64,000 nt of DNA from Mobula hypostoma (lineage: Eukaryota). The DNA is taken from the NCBI RefSeq assembly GCF_963921235.1, contig NC_086108.1, positions 90,088,001 through 90,152,000 of the forward strand, in the 5' to 3' direction. Each line of letters opens with the position of its first letter. Within the stretch, counting starts at the first letter, position 1. The notes beneath the pieces are model-generated. The model was given only the letters and a program-made list of their open reading frames with translations, was not told where the DNA came from and searched no databases. The position numbers and the translations under genes were made by a program. This document shows positions 37,795 to 51,000 of the stretch, piece after piece.

Positions 37795-39139
37795 TACATC
37801 TTCTAACCCGACAGTTCAAAAGCGGAAAGTATTCATTTAACTGAAATTGTGTTAGAATGTTAAATAATAAACATTATTGACAATTGTCACCTTAATTAGA
37901 AAGGTATAAGGAATTCTATTTTTTTAATCTATTTTGTTATCTGACCTTTTATTCTTTGCACTAGCAAAATGCTTTGTAGAGGGTTAAGTAATAGTTTATT
38001 TGATTTTCACCAGTTCAGAAAAAAAGGCTGCCTACAGCTGGCTACTGGTTGTCAAGGCAATGAAAAACTACAAGGGAATAACTGAAAGGGCATCTTTAGT
38101 TGACTGAGCAAAAGTTATAATCAATAGTTTTACTTTCGGGTATTGATCTAGTAATATATGTGTAGTGACCTACAATTTTCTCATTAATAGGTTATCTGTT
38201 AAGCCTTTAGGGTTCAGGCAATAAATTAGTTGAAAGAAAAGTGGAATCTTAGAAGAAGTTGAGAATCTCTCAGAGCCGCAACAATTTGTGACTAGAATGA
38301 AATGTATCCTCATTTCTGAAAATTGTTCTTTACTGTATTAATTTTAAGTGGTAGAACTGGCCAGCTGTTGATCTTCTTCAAATGTTGCCTTTTTTAGAAA
38401 TCTAAAATTGAAGTTTTATGTACTATATACTTTGCATCCAAATCTCTACATGTCTCTTTCTTTACAGCGCGATAAAGGAAATTCAAAATCATTTCCAAGT
38501 TAAAGATTAGGGGAGAAGCAATGGATTCCATCTGGTGACCACTGAGAAGAATTATTCTCAGCATCATAATCCAGTTGTTCCAGAAGTGAGGGTTTAGCAG
38601 ATTGACCTTATGAATTAATAGTTCATTGTTATGAACCAAGCTACATCAATCTTGAGGTGATTGGCAGTATTCCGTGTTGCTTTGTACAGAGGCGTTGCCC
38701 AAACTACTAACCATCCAGTACTCATCAGACAATAGTTTTGATTTTTCAAGCTGCAAAGTTCTTCCCAAAGGGAACAGGCTTTATTTAAACAGATGTTGCT
38801 TGGTAGCTGATGGGAGCAATTGCAAAGTACAAGCTAGCAGCAAAAGTTCAGCTCTAATTATTGTATATTTCAAAGATTTTAATTAAGACCTTTTTCAGTA
38901 CTTGGGCATCATTTATGTTACCATTTTCCTCATGGAATTTTGTTTCACTCGTGCTCCCTGCATCAGTTATGATCTGCATCTTGTTTAGAAGTGTTAGCAA
39001 TTATGAAATGTTGATTTCCAGTTCCAGTTTAAGATGCTGCTCCCATAGGCACATGACTGCTTAGTGGTAGATCGAAAGGCAAGAGATTTCACTAAAAACA
39101 TTACTTATAATATTCTTTCTGAAGCAAGTTGTGGTGAAC

Positions 39140-39850
39140 TATCACTGCAGACAGGGAGAAGGCAGGCGGAGACGATGTGCTGGGGCATTGTGAGGTGCAA
39201 TGTGCGTGAACCGGGGTTGCAGACGTAGTTCATATTGCTACCGAAACTGGAGTGAGTAATCTGGAGAGGTGTCGATGTGGAAGCAATTTGATGCCTGTCT
39301 GCCTAACCCAGGTGTGAGGTTGGATTGCTCTAAGTGCTGAGCTGATTTGGTGAGATTGAGTATAGCTTTGGGCTGGGTGGTGTATCGTGGCACGAGCAAG
39401 GAACTACCCGATGCTTGGACAACTTAAACACCAGCTCAGATAGTCTGGACGTCTAAGTATCAGGAATGGAGGCAAAGGTCAGACTGATTTGCTCACTCTC
39501 TCACAAATGTTCATTCCTTTCTCCGTGGTGCTGAGGCTGAGAACTGATTTGGCTGCTTTGTGTTTTTGCCCCGCTGTTGTGATGAGCTGGGACCAAGCTT
39601 GAGGCCTACTCCGGCTGCTCCGGGAGCAGACCTGATGCTCAGTCTGTTTCGGAAAGCTGCTGGCTTGCTTCTAATGTTTGCAGTATTTGTGTTTTTTTCT
39701 CTCTCTCATTGTTTACCCAGTGGGTTTTGGTCTTACTTTTTAAAAATTTGGTTGTTTGGGTTTCTTGCTTCGTGGCTGCCCGTAGGCAGACAAATTTCAA
39801 GGCGTCTAACTTATACATTCTTTGATTGATTATATGTGTGCTTTGAATCT
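39140..39850 (+). mobile_element. Old non-coding LINE-derived element
   Basis: GC-rich 5' part, T-rich 3' part and a CTTTGAATCTTT tail like the Rex1 tails in this window; no RT motif. Confidence 0.45.
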
Positions 39851-40700
39851 TTAAATTAATTGTAAACACAGTCTGACTTTCATGGGGGTGAACCCACAAA
39901 AAGCATCCGGCCCATAGAGGAAATCTGGCCAAGTACTAAAGATCTGTGCTAATCAACTGGCTAGTGCATTGACTGAGATCTTTAACCTCTCACTTCAGCA
40001 GTCTGAGGTACCCACTTCCTTCAAGCAGTCTTCAATTATACTTGTGCCTAAGAAGAATCTGGTAACCTGCCTCGATGACTATCATACAGTAGCACTTACA
40101 TCCACAGTTATGCAGGGTTTTTAGAGGTTTGTGACGTAACGTATCAACTCATGCCTGAGAAGCAGCTTGGATCCTCTCCAATTTGCCTACTGGAGCAACA
40201 GGTCCACAGCAGGTGCCATCTCGTTGGCTCTTCACTCAACCCTGGAACATCTGGACAGCAAAGATGTTTACATCAGGATGCACCTTATCAACTACAGCTC
40301 AGAATTCAGTGTTGTCATCCCCTCAAAACTAATCAATAAGCTTCGAGACCTTGACCTCACTACCCCTTTGTGCAATTGGATCCTTGATTTCCTCACTTTT
40401 GCAGATTCCGGTCAGTTTGAATTGGCAACAATATTTCCTCCATAATTTCCATCAGCACAGGTACGCTGCAAGGCTGTGTGTTTAGCCCCCTGCTCAACTT
40501 ATTATGACTGTGTGGCTAAGCACAGCTCCAATATTCAAGTTTGCTAATGACATTATGGTTTTATTAGATTCTTGTTTGGTCAGGGCTTGAAGGGATATGG
40601 GGGAAAGGCAGCAGAATGGGGCTGAGAGGAAAAATGGATCAGCCATGATGAAATGGTGGAGCAAATTCTGTGGGCCAAATGGACTAACTATGTTCATATA

Positions 40701-42275
40701 TAGCACCTCTAAAAATATTCCCCCCCCCCCACCCCAGGAAGCTTTCAATTTTTACAACATTGAATCACAGTGGATTTAATTTAGCTCTTTAACCGCTGAT
40801 CAACAGAAAGAAGCTCTTTCATGTCAAAGTGAAAACAGATCTCCACAAAGTGATCTAAATTGCTAACAAATATAAAACACAAAATAATTGATTGCATAAG
40901 TATTCAGCCCTTCAAGTCAGCATTTAGTAGATGCTCCTTTGCAATTATAGCCTTGAGTCTGTGTGGATAGTTGTCTATCAGCTTTACACATCTGGGCACT
41001 GCAATTTTTCTCCATTCTTCTTTACAAAACTGCTCAAGCTCTGTCAGATTGCATGGGGATCATGATGGAACAGCCCTTTTTAAGTCCAGCCACAAATTCT
41101 CAATTGGATTGGGGTCTGGACTCTGACTTGGCCACTCCAGGACATTAACTTTATTGTTTTTAAGCCATTCATATGTAGCTTTGGCTTTATGCTTGGGGTT
41201 ATAGTCTTGCTAGAAAACAAAGCTTCTCCCAAGTCGCAGTTTTCTTGCAGACTGCATCAGGTTTTCCTACAGGATTTCCCTGTATTTTGCTGCACTCATT
41301 TTACCCTCTACCTGCACATGCCTTCCAGGGCCTGATGTGGTGAAGTGTTCCTATAGCATGATGCAGCCACCACCGTGATTCATGGTAGGGATGGTGTATT
41401 TTTGATGATGTGCAGTGTTTGGCTTATGCCAATCATAACATTTAGTCTGATGGCCAAAAAGCTCAATTTTGGTCTCATCAGACCATAAAACCTTCTTCCA
41501 GCTGACTTCAGAGTCTCCCACATGTCTTCTGGAAAACTCTAGCCAAGATTTCAAGTGAGTTTCTTTTTCAACAGTGGCTTTTTCTTTGCCATTCTCACAT
41601 AAAGCTGCAACTAGGGAAGAACCCGGGCAACAGTTGTTGTATGCATAGTCTCTCCCATCTCAGCCACTAAAGCCTGTAGCTCCTCCAGAGCTGTCATAGG
41701 TTTCTTAGTGGCCTCCATCACTAGTCCCCTTCTTGCAAAGTCATTCAGTTTTTGAGGATGGTCTGCTCTAGGCAGATTTACAGCTGCACCATATTTTTTC
41801 CATTTCTTGATGATTGACTTAACCATACACCAAGGGATATTCAGTGACTTGGAATTTTTTTTTGTATCTATCTCCTGACTTGTGCTTTTCAATAACCTTT
41901 TTGCTTGGAGTGTTCTTTTGTCTTCATGGTGTAGTTTTTGCCAGGATACTTCAATCAATTGAAAAACCTTGATGGCACATGGTGATATCAATTTAACTAA
42001 TCATGTGACTTCTAAAACTGTTTTGCCGCACCAGTGATGATTTGGTGTGTCATAATAAAGAGGGTGAATACAAATACAATCAATTATTTTGTGTTTCACA
42101 TTTATAATTAATTTAAATCACTTTGTAGAGATCTGTTTTCACTTTGGCATGAAATTGTTGTTTTATGGTGATCAGTGTCACAAAAATGCAAATTAAATCC
42201 CCTATGATTCAATGTAAAACAATAAAACGTGAGAACCTCCGGGGGGGTGGGGGTGAATACTTTTTATAGGCACTG
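40701..42275 (-). mobile_element. Full-length Tc1-family (IR/DR type) transposon with a frameshifted transposase
   Basis: TA at 40699-40700 and 42276-42277; ~210-bp TIRs (right end GGTGAATACTTTTTATAGGCACTG) with an inner repeat of the terminal motif. Transposase fragments SKSLNIP..VKSIIKKWKKYG...NLPR, KKVLWSDETKIELFG and GGGCIML. Confidence 0.92.
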
Positions 42276-43189
42276 TATCTTATGGTCTTATTATCATTGT
42301 CATATGCCAAAGCAAAGGTTGTGATGAATCAGCATATAGGAGTGAGATTGAAAATCTGGCTGGGAGGCTCCATAATAACAACCTCTTACTCAGCATCAGC
42401 AAGCCCAAGCAGCTGATTATTGACTTCAGGAGGAGGAAATCAGAGGTCCATGAGCCAGTGCTCATCAGAGATGGAGAGGCTCAGCAACTTTAAATTTCTC
42501 TATGTTATTGTTTTGAAGGACCTGTCCTGGGCCCAGCATATAAATGCAATTACGAAAAAAGCACAGCTCCTACTTGCTAGGAGTTTGCAAAGGTTTCGCA
42601 TGACATCTTAAACTTTGACAAAATTTCTGTAGATGTATAGTGGAGAGTATACTGACTGGTTGCATCAGAGACAGATATCAAAGCATCAATGCCATCGAAT
42701 GGAAAATCCTACAATAAAGCAGTGGATGCAGCTCTGTCCATCACAGGTAAAGCCCTCCTCACCACTCAGCACATCTGCACAAAACAGTAACGCTCATCAT
42801 CAGAGACCCCCACCACCCAGGGCATACTCTCTTTTCATCACTTCAGGAAGAATGCACAGTAGCTTCAGTTCTCACACCACCAGCTTCAGGAACAACTATT
42901 ACCCCTCAATCATCAGAATCTTGCACCAAAGAGGATAACTTCACTCAAATTCACTTGCTCCATTATTGTAATGTTCCTGTAATCCATGGATTCTCTTTCA
43001 AGGATGTACATGTCATGTTCTACCTATATATATTGCTTATTTATTTATTATTATTTATTTCTTTTTGTATTTGTACAGTTTGTTCTCTTTTGCCCATGGG
43101 TTGAATGCCCAAATTGGTGTGATCTTTCATTGATTCTATTATGGTTATTATTGTATTATGAATTTATGGAGTATGCCTAGAAGGAAATA

Positions 43190-44300
43190 GAAACATAGAA
43201 ACATAGAAAACCTACAGCTCAATACAGGCCCTTTGGCCGACAGAGTTGTGCCGAACATGTCCCTACCTTAGAAATTACTAGGCTTACCCATAGCCCTCTA
43301 TTTTACTAAGCTCCATGTACCTACCTAAAAGTCTCTTAAAAGACCCTGTCGATCCAACTCCACCACCGTTGCCGGCAGCCCATTCCACGCACTCACCACT
43401 CTCTGAGTAAAAAACTTACCCCTGACATCTCCTCTGTACCAACTCCCCAGCACCTTAAACCTGTGTCCTCTTGTGGCAGCCATTTCAGCCCTGGGAAAAA
43501 GCCTCTGACTATCCACACGATCAATGCCTCTCATCATCTTATACACCTCTATCAGGTCACTTCTCATTCTCTGTCGCTCCAAGGAGAAAAGGCCGACTTC
43601 ACTCAACCTATTCTCATAAGGCATGCTCCCCAATCCAGGCAACATCCTTGTAAGTCTCCTCTGCACCATTTCTATGGCTTCCACATCCTTCCTGTAGTGA
43701 GGCGACCAGAACTGAGCACAGTACTCCAAGTGGGGTCTGACCAGGGTCCTATATAGCTGCAACATTACCTCTCGTTTCCTAAATTCAATTCCGCAATTGA
43801 TGAAGGCCAATATACCATACGCCTTCTTAACCACAGAGTCAACCTGCGCAGTTGCTTTGAGTGACCTATGGTCTCAGACCCCAAGATCCCTCTGATCCTC
43901 CACACTGCCAAGAGTCTTACCATTAGTACTATATTCTGCCATCATATTTGCCCTACCAAAATTAACCACTTCACACTTATCTCAGTTGAACTCCACCTGC
44001 CACTTCTCAGCCCAGTTTTGCATTCTATCAATGTCCCGCTGTAACCTCTGACAGCCCTCCACACTTTCTACAACACCTCCAACCTTTGTGTCATCAGCAA
44101 ACTTACTAACCCATCCCTCCACTTCCTCATCCAGGTCATTTATAAAAACCACTAAGAGTAAGGGTCCCAAAACAGATCCCTGAGGCACTCCACTGTTGAC
44201 CAACCCCCATGCAGAATATGACCCGTCTACAAACACTCTTTGCCTTCTGTGGGCAAGCCAGTTCTGGATCCACAAGGCAATGTCCTCTTCGATCCCAAGC
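43190..44300 (-). mobile_element. Young 5'-truncated CR1 LINE (RT C-terminal half, few lesions)
   Basis: ORFs 43982-44311 (SGVPQGSVLGPLL..FINDLD..SKFADDTKVGG) and 43325-43834 (LYRTLVRPHLEYCAQFWSP..FFTQRVVSAWNGLP); (TTCTATGT)n tail at about 43190-43210. Confidence 0.95.
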
Positions 44301-45049
44301 TTGGATCTCATGTTTGTATATCATGACATACATGCACTTCGATAATAAATTTACTTTGAACTTTGGACTTAACGTAGAGTGTGATGTTGTCCTGCAAATA
44401 CATCCTGTAAATTTTGACCAACCAAAATCCCCTCTGAGATCAATTAAATGTGGTTCCTCCAACTGTTGTGATTTCAATTTAGAAGATATAGTTTCAGGTA
44501 AATTATATTTAGAGTATACATGATAACCCTTCAAAAATAATGCAACTAGATTCACCTGTAACATAATGTCTTCAAAATTTGCTAACATCTTCTTCCACAA
44601 TTTTTGTACCACAATTCCCAGTGAAATAAGCATTTAAGTACATTTCCATTGGTGCTAAACTGGTATGGACAATTGTTGATTTATGCAAAAGCAGTCAAAA
44701 GTGCTCCTGTACAGAAATATCTAAGTAAGGTTGAAACCCTAAAATAAAATACTGCAGATGCTGAGCATCTGGATTGAAACAGGAAATGCCAGAAATACTC
44801 AGCAGGCCAGACTGCTGACTCGAAGGGTTAAATCTGTTTCTTTCTCTATACATGCTACCTGACCTACTGACTACTTTCAAAATATTGCTTTTATTTTAAA
44901 TAATATTAAACTACGAAAGCAAAGCTTACAAAGAAAACAGTGATTGTGTTGAACAGAGAAAGGACAGATTCACTGAATAATTGAAGCACCATTTTCATGC
45001 CAGAAGAGGTTGAATGGGGGAAGGGTGGTGGTGGGATGATTTAATGGCC

Positions 45050-48000
45050 AAATCCGCCGATTTGATTTGGATTTCTGAATCTCTCTCTTGTACGTAGTAT
45101 TTTGACTTACCGATTAGATTAGTCATCACACTCGCGAAAACGAACAGCGCCCATTATTCTACGGGTCTGTGAGAAATGCAGTGCTGAATCACCCCGCTTT
45201 CAGTGAGCAAGCTGGGAAGGAGGGAGGTTAAACGCCAGCCGACTGTAACGGGGTTTGTACAAAGGAGCATAACTGATGTCCAAGCAGCCGCACTTAGTGG
45301 TTGGAATCAATACTGTATTTCCCGTAGAATGCAAGACTGATGATCAAATATTGACAAAGTGGACGTTACATATGAGCGCCTTAAATTATTTGTATCTGAG
45401 CGTGTAAGAGATTTCATTTCATTTGTGTTCCCAATCAGGACCTTGTAAGCAGTGAGTAAGATGTGCGCCCTAATTAAGGATTGGGCTGCAACCGGTTCAA
45501 AGCATACATGACCTTATCTCTTTAGCTCGCGTAAGTTTCGGAAACTATTGATTTTATTGATTGGGAGCGCGCTTCATCCAACTGCTATGTTTTCTTTTCA
45601 CCGGTGTGGTTATTTCTTCAGTGGGGATGTTAGCGTGCTGTGTGTCAAATGATCGTTTTAATACACCCTCCCACCCTAAAATAAACAGGGGCGCGTCAGG
45701 CCACGCGGACTGTGGACTCGGGAGGCAGGAGTTAGATTTTGGTGATAGCTGTGGTGCGTTTACGGGGTTAGGCTTACAGCAGAGTTAACCGTAGTTAGTA
45801 ACTAAATTGCGAAAATGCAAGACAGCTTTGGCATGGTTTTAAAAGGTTTTCTGCTTGCCGGCATCGCATGGCATAACGAATGCACACCCACCCATTGAAC
45901 ATACCGAGTGCGTTGACCTGTGTTGCATCGATCCCACTACTCCACAATGTAAAGCAAGTCATGAATGTAAATTGATTTATGGTCCAATCATTAGTACCGA
46001 CTTCTGAAATTCTAAACTGATGAATGCATAATGGCAGCTAAATGGACACAAAATAGAAAGTTTTATTTTCTCTATGTCATTATATCCCAGATCGTTGTAA
46101 ATATTAGTAAAACGATTTCGTCTTCTGTCGCCAGTCAGGAGAAATTCAAAAAGCAGAGAGACATTCTGCAAAACTGTTAATGCTGGCTGAGAAATAGATC
46201 CTGTTAAACAAACACAACTGGGTCTGGCGCCCACATTATTTCAAAGACGACTGCTTAAGTAGAATATTTTCGCTCGGCTACGGTCTTCGAGTAAACAAAC
46301 TTTCAGGATTAGCTGCAGAATAAACGGAAGGTAAAAACAGAAACGGATTCTGGGGAGTGATTATAAACGTCATTTTAATACCCAGTGAGTATATATTTTG
46401 CATGAATGAAGGCATACTCAACAGTATTAGTATCACATATAGTTTGTGAAATACTTTGTCATACACGGCATTAAAAAAATAAAACTGGGTACTAATGGGT
46501 AATTTTGTTCGCTATGTCTAATTGAGCGATCTGTATCGCTGATCAAAATTGTCAGTCAGTGTTCCTCTCGGGGATTGCTGGATTACTGTAAGGCAGTACG
46601 AGTGCTGGAGTGCGTGTGTAAAAATGTCCCTTCATAGCGACAGTGCAACCAGGAAGTTGAATGATCTCCCTGGGCGGGAGTTATGCGCATTCCCCATGCT
46701 TTTGAAAATCCGGTGAATAATCCTCTTGTTTGTCTACGCAAAGCCCCAATTCACATTCCATTCCACCTAACTTCTCTTCGCCACCCTCATCTTCAACCTC
46801 AAATTCTTCTAAGTAATGTTTTCTATCTGTTTGGTTCCCGTGTATTTTCTCCCCTCTCGGCATGTCTTCAACTCGCATTACCGCATTGAAATGTAGTGCT
46901 GTTGACATGTCTGCTGCTGCCTTTACAGCAGATTTAGCACTAGTGAATACTTACGATGCTCGTAACACAGCCCAGAGGGGTATTTTGTGTAATATTTATT
47001 GGTAATAATGATTGACACCTTTCAATACAGAAAATAGGAAGTCCCCCTTCCCTTTGCATACCAGGCCTCGAAGTGAGTAAGTGCCGTTTTAGCCTGACCT
47101 GTCAATCACAGCATCAGGAGATAAACAACGCTGGATGAAAGCTGTTATATGCTGGAGTGTGGGATAAAATAGACATTTCAGAATAAAGTAACAAGCGTTG
47201 TTTGCTCGCAGCGAAAATCCAGAATCTTAAAATATAAACGTATTTACTCTTAAATTGTCAAGGAAGAGGAGACTCAAAACGGTTAGCAACTATACTGAGA
47301 ATTTCTACTCTTTGTGATCTATTTCAACGGTGCAATTATAGTTTTGCTTTTATTCTGCAGGCTCAAACTTCTTAAGGCAAAACACACATAAAAATGGATA
47401 CTAAAGGACTTCATCACTTTAATTTGTTTTGATTGTAAACGAAAAATTTCTGAATCTTTTTGCCACAACATCAGTCTCAGAAAGCTAAACGCATCTGCAG
47501 GATGACTTTAAAGTGGTAAGGCTCTTCTACTGAATGTAAACTGGCCATTGCCTGAAATGTTATCGTATACCTCCTATTGAGTACAGCATCTTTTAATGAG
47601 CGCCTATTAATCCCGTAACGTGTGATTTTATTTTGCAGCCCTGTATGCGTAAGAAATGTAGAATGTGCTAAGAAAAGTAAGTTATTATTCTTCGACATAC
47701 ATTAGAGGGAATTCTGATTCTTGTCTTTCACGATTATAACTTAAACCAGTTAGATTTTTGGAATAATGTCTTGAGTTAAATTTGTAAACTCATATATTCT
47801 TCTGAACCAGAACAGTTTTAAATGTTATTGACTCCGTGTGATGGGATGCATTGTGAGTGAGAATGGCTGTTCTCTCCAATACATAATACCTTGGCTGAAA
47901 GTTTTAAATAAAATTATTGAAATGGTGACGGCGTGAGGACTTCCTTTGTTAATATAGCCATCATTTGTACAACTGAATCACTTAATTAGCTTAGAAGTAA

Positions 48001-51000
48001 CAACTCATCGACTAAGTAATGTTTTGTAATTAGTGATTTCATCTTCTCTGCTGTCTAGCGAATAACATGTTAACTTCATAGTTAACATGTACATTAAAAT
48101 ACTTTTATTTTACTCACGTAATGATGTGCTAATATGTCATCCTAAATCAGAGTAAGGAATATAAAAAACAATCTTTTTTTTGCTGCAGTCTTTCAGGATT
48201 GAGAGGAAATGAATGTGGCTGATGCGCTGTCAGGAGGAGTTCCGGTTGTTTTCAGCCTTGTGTTTAAGCAGCAGGTGGCGCCCGTGATCCATCTGATAAA
48301 AACATCCTGGTTTGGCCACTTCAGAATTTTATCCTTAAATAGCCCCATTCCAATTCGACAGAAGAATCCAAAATCAGATCATAAAATACAATAGCTTATT
48401 TTATTAAACGTTACTTCAGATGTACATTCCATATTTGTGCTTAGGTTATGTTAATGGTTAAATAATATTGTTCCTTGTAGCTACAATGGATATTAAAGCT
48501 TCTGTGTTAATTTATTATATTTAATATCTAATAAAGGTGTGTTCAGCAGAATATTACTTCTATGCACATATGTGAGGAACGGGGAATATTGGTGTTTTTT
48601 GGTTGTTTTACATATTGCAATTTGCGTTTTGACGATAATCTTAATCTAAAATAATCCAGATACAGTTTAATGCAGCAGTTAGTCTTTGATCATTCCATAT
48701 CATATGTATTTGCCTGCAAAGAGCTTTGTTCACCCACTCTTTGCATGTACTGTTCGGGCTATTCATACTTGGAAGGTGGGATTCAACAGAAACAAGGAAA
48801 GAAGATTCGAGAGAAAGATTGAATAATTTATAAACTAACTAATATTTTGATGCTCTAATTGTTGTTCGCCTTCAAAAGAGTGTAAGTTATCCCAAAAGGC
48901 TTATACAGATTGCTATTGTGTTCGTGGTAATTGGAATGGACCCGAACAAACTAGTCCATCTTTAATGGGCGATGGATCAAGAAAATCTTACTATTTCTTG
49001 GATCGATAGTCGGAACCTAATGACCGATAACGGAGGGAAGGATGACACCAATTTAGTTGGAAATTGTAGAGTTGCCAAAGCGCGTTGCGAAGTATAAATT
49101 AGACGATGTCACCGGAGCTTGTGTAAGAACACCTCCCCATATCGCTTAAACTAGAGGACAATTAATCAAGTGCTTTTGGGGTGCTTGCTTCTAGTCTAAA
49201 TGTACACTATAACATAGCAGATTCAATAGCATAAATCAACGCTTATTCAATTCCAAATAATGCTGTAAATGTTAACAAATTAATTCGATTGTCTGAATAA
49301 AAAATCAAAATGTGAATATTGCTTATAACATTACTGGAAGCCTATAATTATATTCATATTTTAATCAGATTATTTTTGCTTTAAATTTAATCTAAATAAA
49401 ATCACATAGTTTTCAACATTTTACAAGGAATGATGAGATTTCTAAACCCATTACAAATATTCAGCAAGACATGCAGCCTCTGTGGGGAGAGAGACATTGC
49501 TGATTAAAAAAAAGTGACCCGAAGTGTTACCTCCCTTCCTCTCTCCAGGCAGACTACCTGGCCAGCTGAGAATTTTCAGAATTTCCAGATTCCCAGCGCA
49601 ACACTGTTTTGATATTGTCACCATTACATCCCGTGTTTGTCAGAATAATAAATCGACTTCAAAACATGTCATCTTCCCAAGTAAAAGAAACAATATGTTA
49701 AGTTGGTGGAGGGTTGACATAAATATACTGAACGCATTCGCGGTTCAGAATTTTCAATGCAATTGTTAACTCGGTCAAGCGAAAAACAGTGAAAAAATAT
49801 AAACTTGGCCTGCAGGTGGCAGCAGTTCGACGTGAGTGGCGCCTGGCAGGAATAAGGCAGCCTGTTGGTTCACATCTAATAAAGGACTGAAGCAGGAAGA
49901 TTTTGTTAATATGTTGCCCATTAGAACTGAAGATCCGGAGCTCAATTAAATTACTAAATGTGCCCTTTGCTGTATTGTTAACTGCAACAATTGCAATAAA
50001 AATTGCGGATTTCCGCTCAACCTGCAATATGTATAAATGACCGCCTCTGACGATGAGTTTCTGAAGCGTCGGCTGGATGTGAAAAGCAGAACATAGCAGG
50101 TGGCAATGGGCAGAGCGCTCTTCTGGGGCTCAAATTGAAGTCGAATTGTCAGGGGGACCGTGAAGAGACTGTAACCGCTTACAGTCTCAGAAGGATTATT
50201 TAACTGTCGTGGATGTACAGAAGGTGGTGGGATGTTGCTTATGAAAGGCGGGGTGGGGGGAGGTGCGCTGCGGGCCGGGGGTTGAGAGCAGGACACCCAA
50301 CGTCCTATTTTACCTTCCTTTAATTTTCAACAATCCCACCAGGAAGCGAAGGTTTTTTTTTAAACATGTTTTACCGATCCACATCCTCAACCAGACGGTC
50401 AGTGTAATGTTAATGAGTTTCTGTCTGGGTGAATTTAAGTGTCGTGAAACAGACGTGAACAAATACCGCAGTATTAGTTGGGGATAGATACCTCTGCCAA
50501 ACTGCTCTACCTGCTTAATGCCTCTGGTACCTGCTGTCAAATCACTGTTCTAAAGAATTAAAACAATTTTGCATGCATCCATTGTGTTTCTGCGTCCACT
50601 CAGAACAGTTTAAGGGTTTGTTCCGGAGTTGCAATTGTGAGTTTTGCAAAACAACAAATTAATAATAAGTTTGGCAAATGGCGCACATAAAAAGTAAATC
50701 GAAACTTCAAGGCTAGTTGAAGGGTCTCTTTTGGCAAACAGGTAAACCGCCATCTTGATTGTAATGTGAATTGTATTTTCAAATTGGAGCATGACATGTA
50801 CATTAACATACATGAAATAGAATCAAATAATTGGTGGTAAAATTTACCTTGAAAGCACCGGCATCACAAACATATATTCTCTTTTCCATTCAAATGTGAT
50901 GGCACGCAAAATCAATCGAAATTATCAATTGCCAGCTCATTGCTCGGAGGTCCGAGATCCCCCTCCTTTCAACCCCCAAAAGTCAGAAACTCATCCCATT

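Larger units (their letters stand above)
39915..44365 (+). mobile_element. Rex1/Babar-like LINE (RT to 3' UTR) fragmented by three later insertions
   Basis: [47 protein letters not shown]...[10 protein letters not shown] at 40167-40445. Continues at 42290-43190 (ERLSNFKFL..DLSWAQHI); last 3' UTR piece at 44300-44365 ends ATAATAAATTTACTTTGAACTTTG. Confidence 0.85.

Noticed and set aside
38467..38610. Coding exon after the strong acceptor TCTTTCTTTACAG
   Set aside because: All three frames hit stops within about 45 nt.
43325..44311. An active or domesticated reverse transcriptase gene
   Set aside because: 5'-truncated, with an in-frame stop at 43982 and no endonuclease; an ordinary young CR1 copy.
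44745..44890. Novel MITE or structured RNA from the inverted arrangement
   Set aside because: Both arms match decayed ends of the Penelope-derived repeat already listed, and the hammerhead core is lost.
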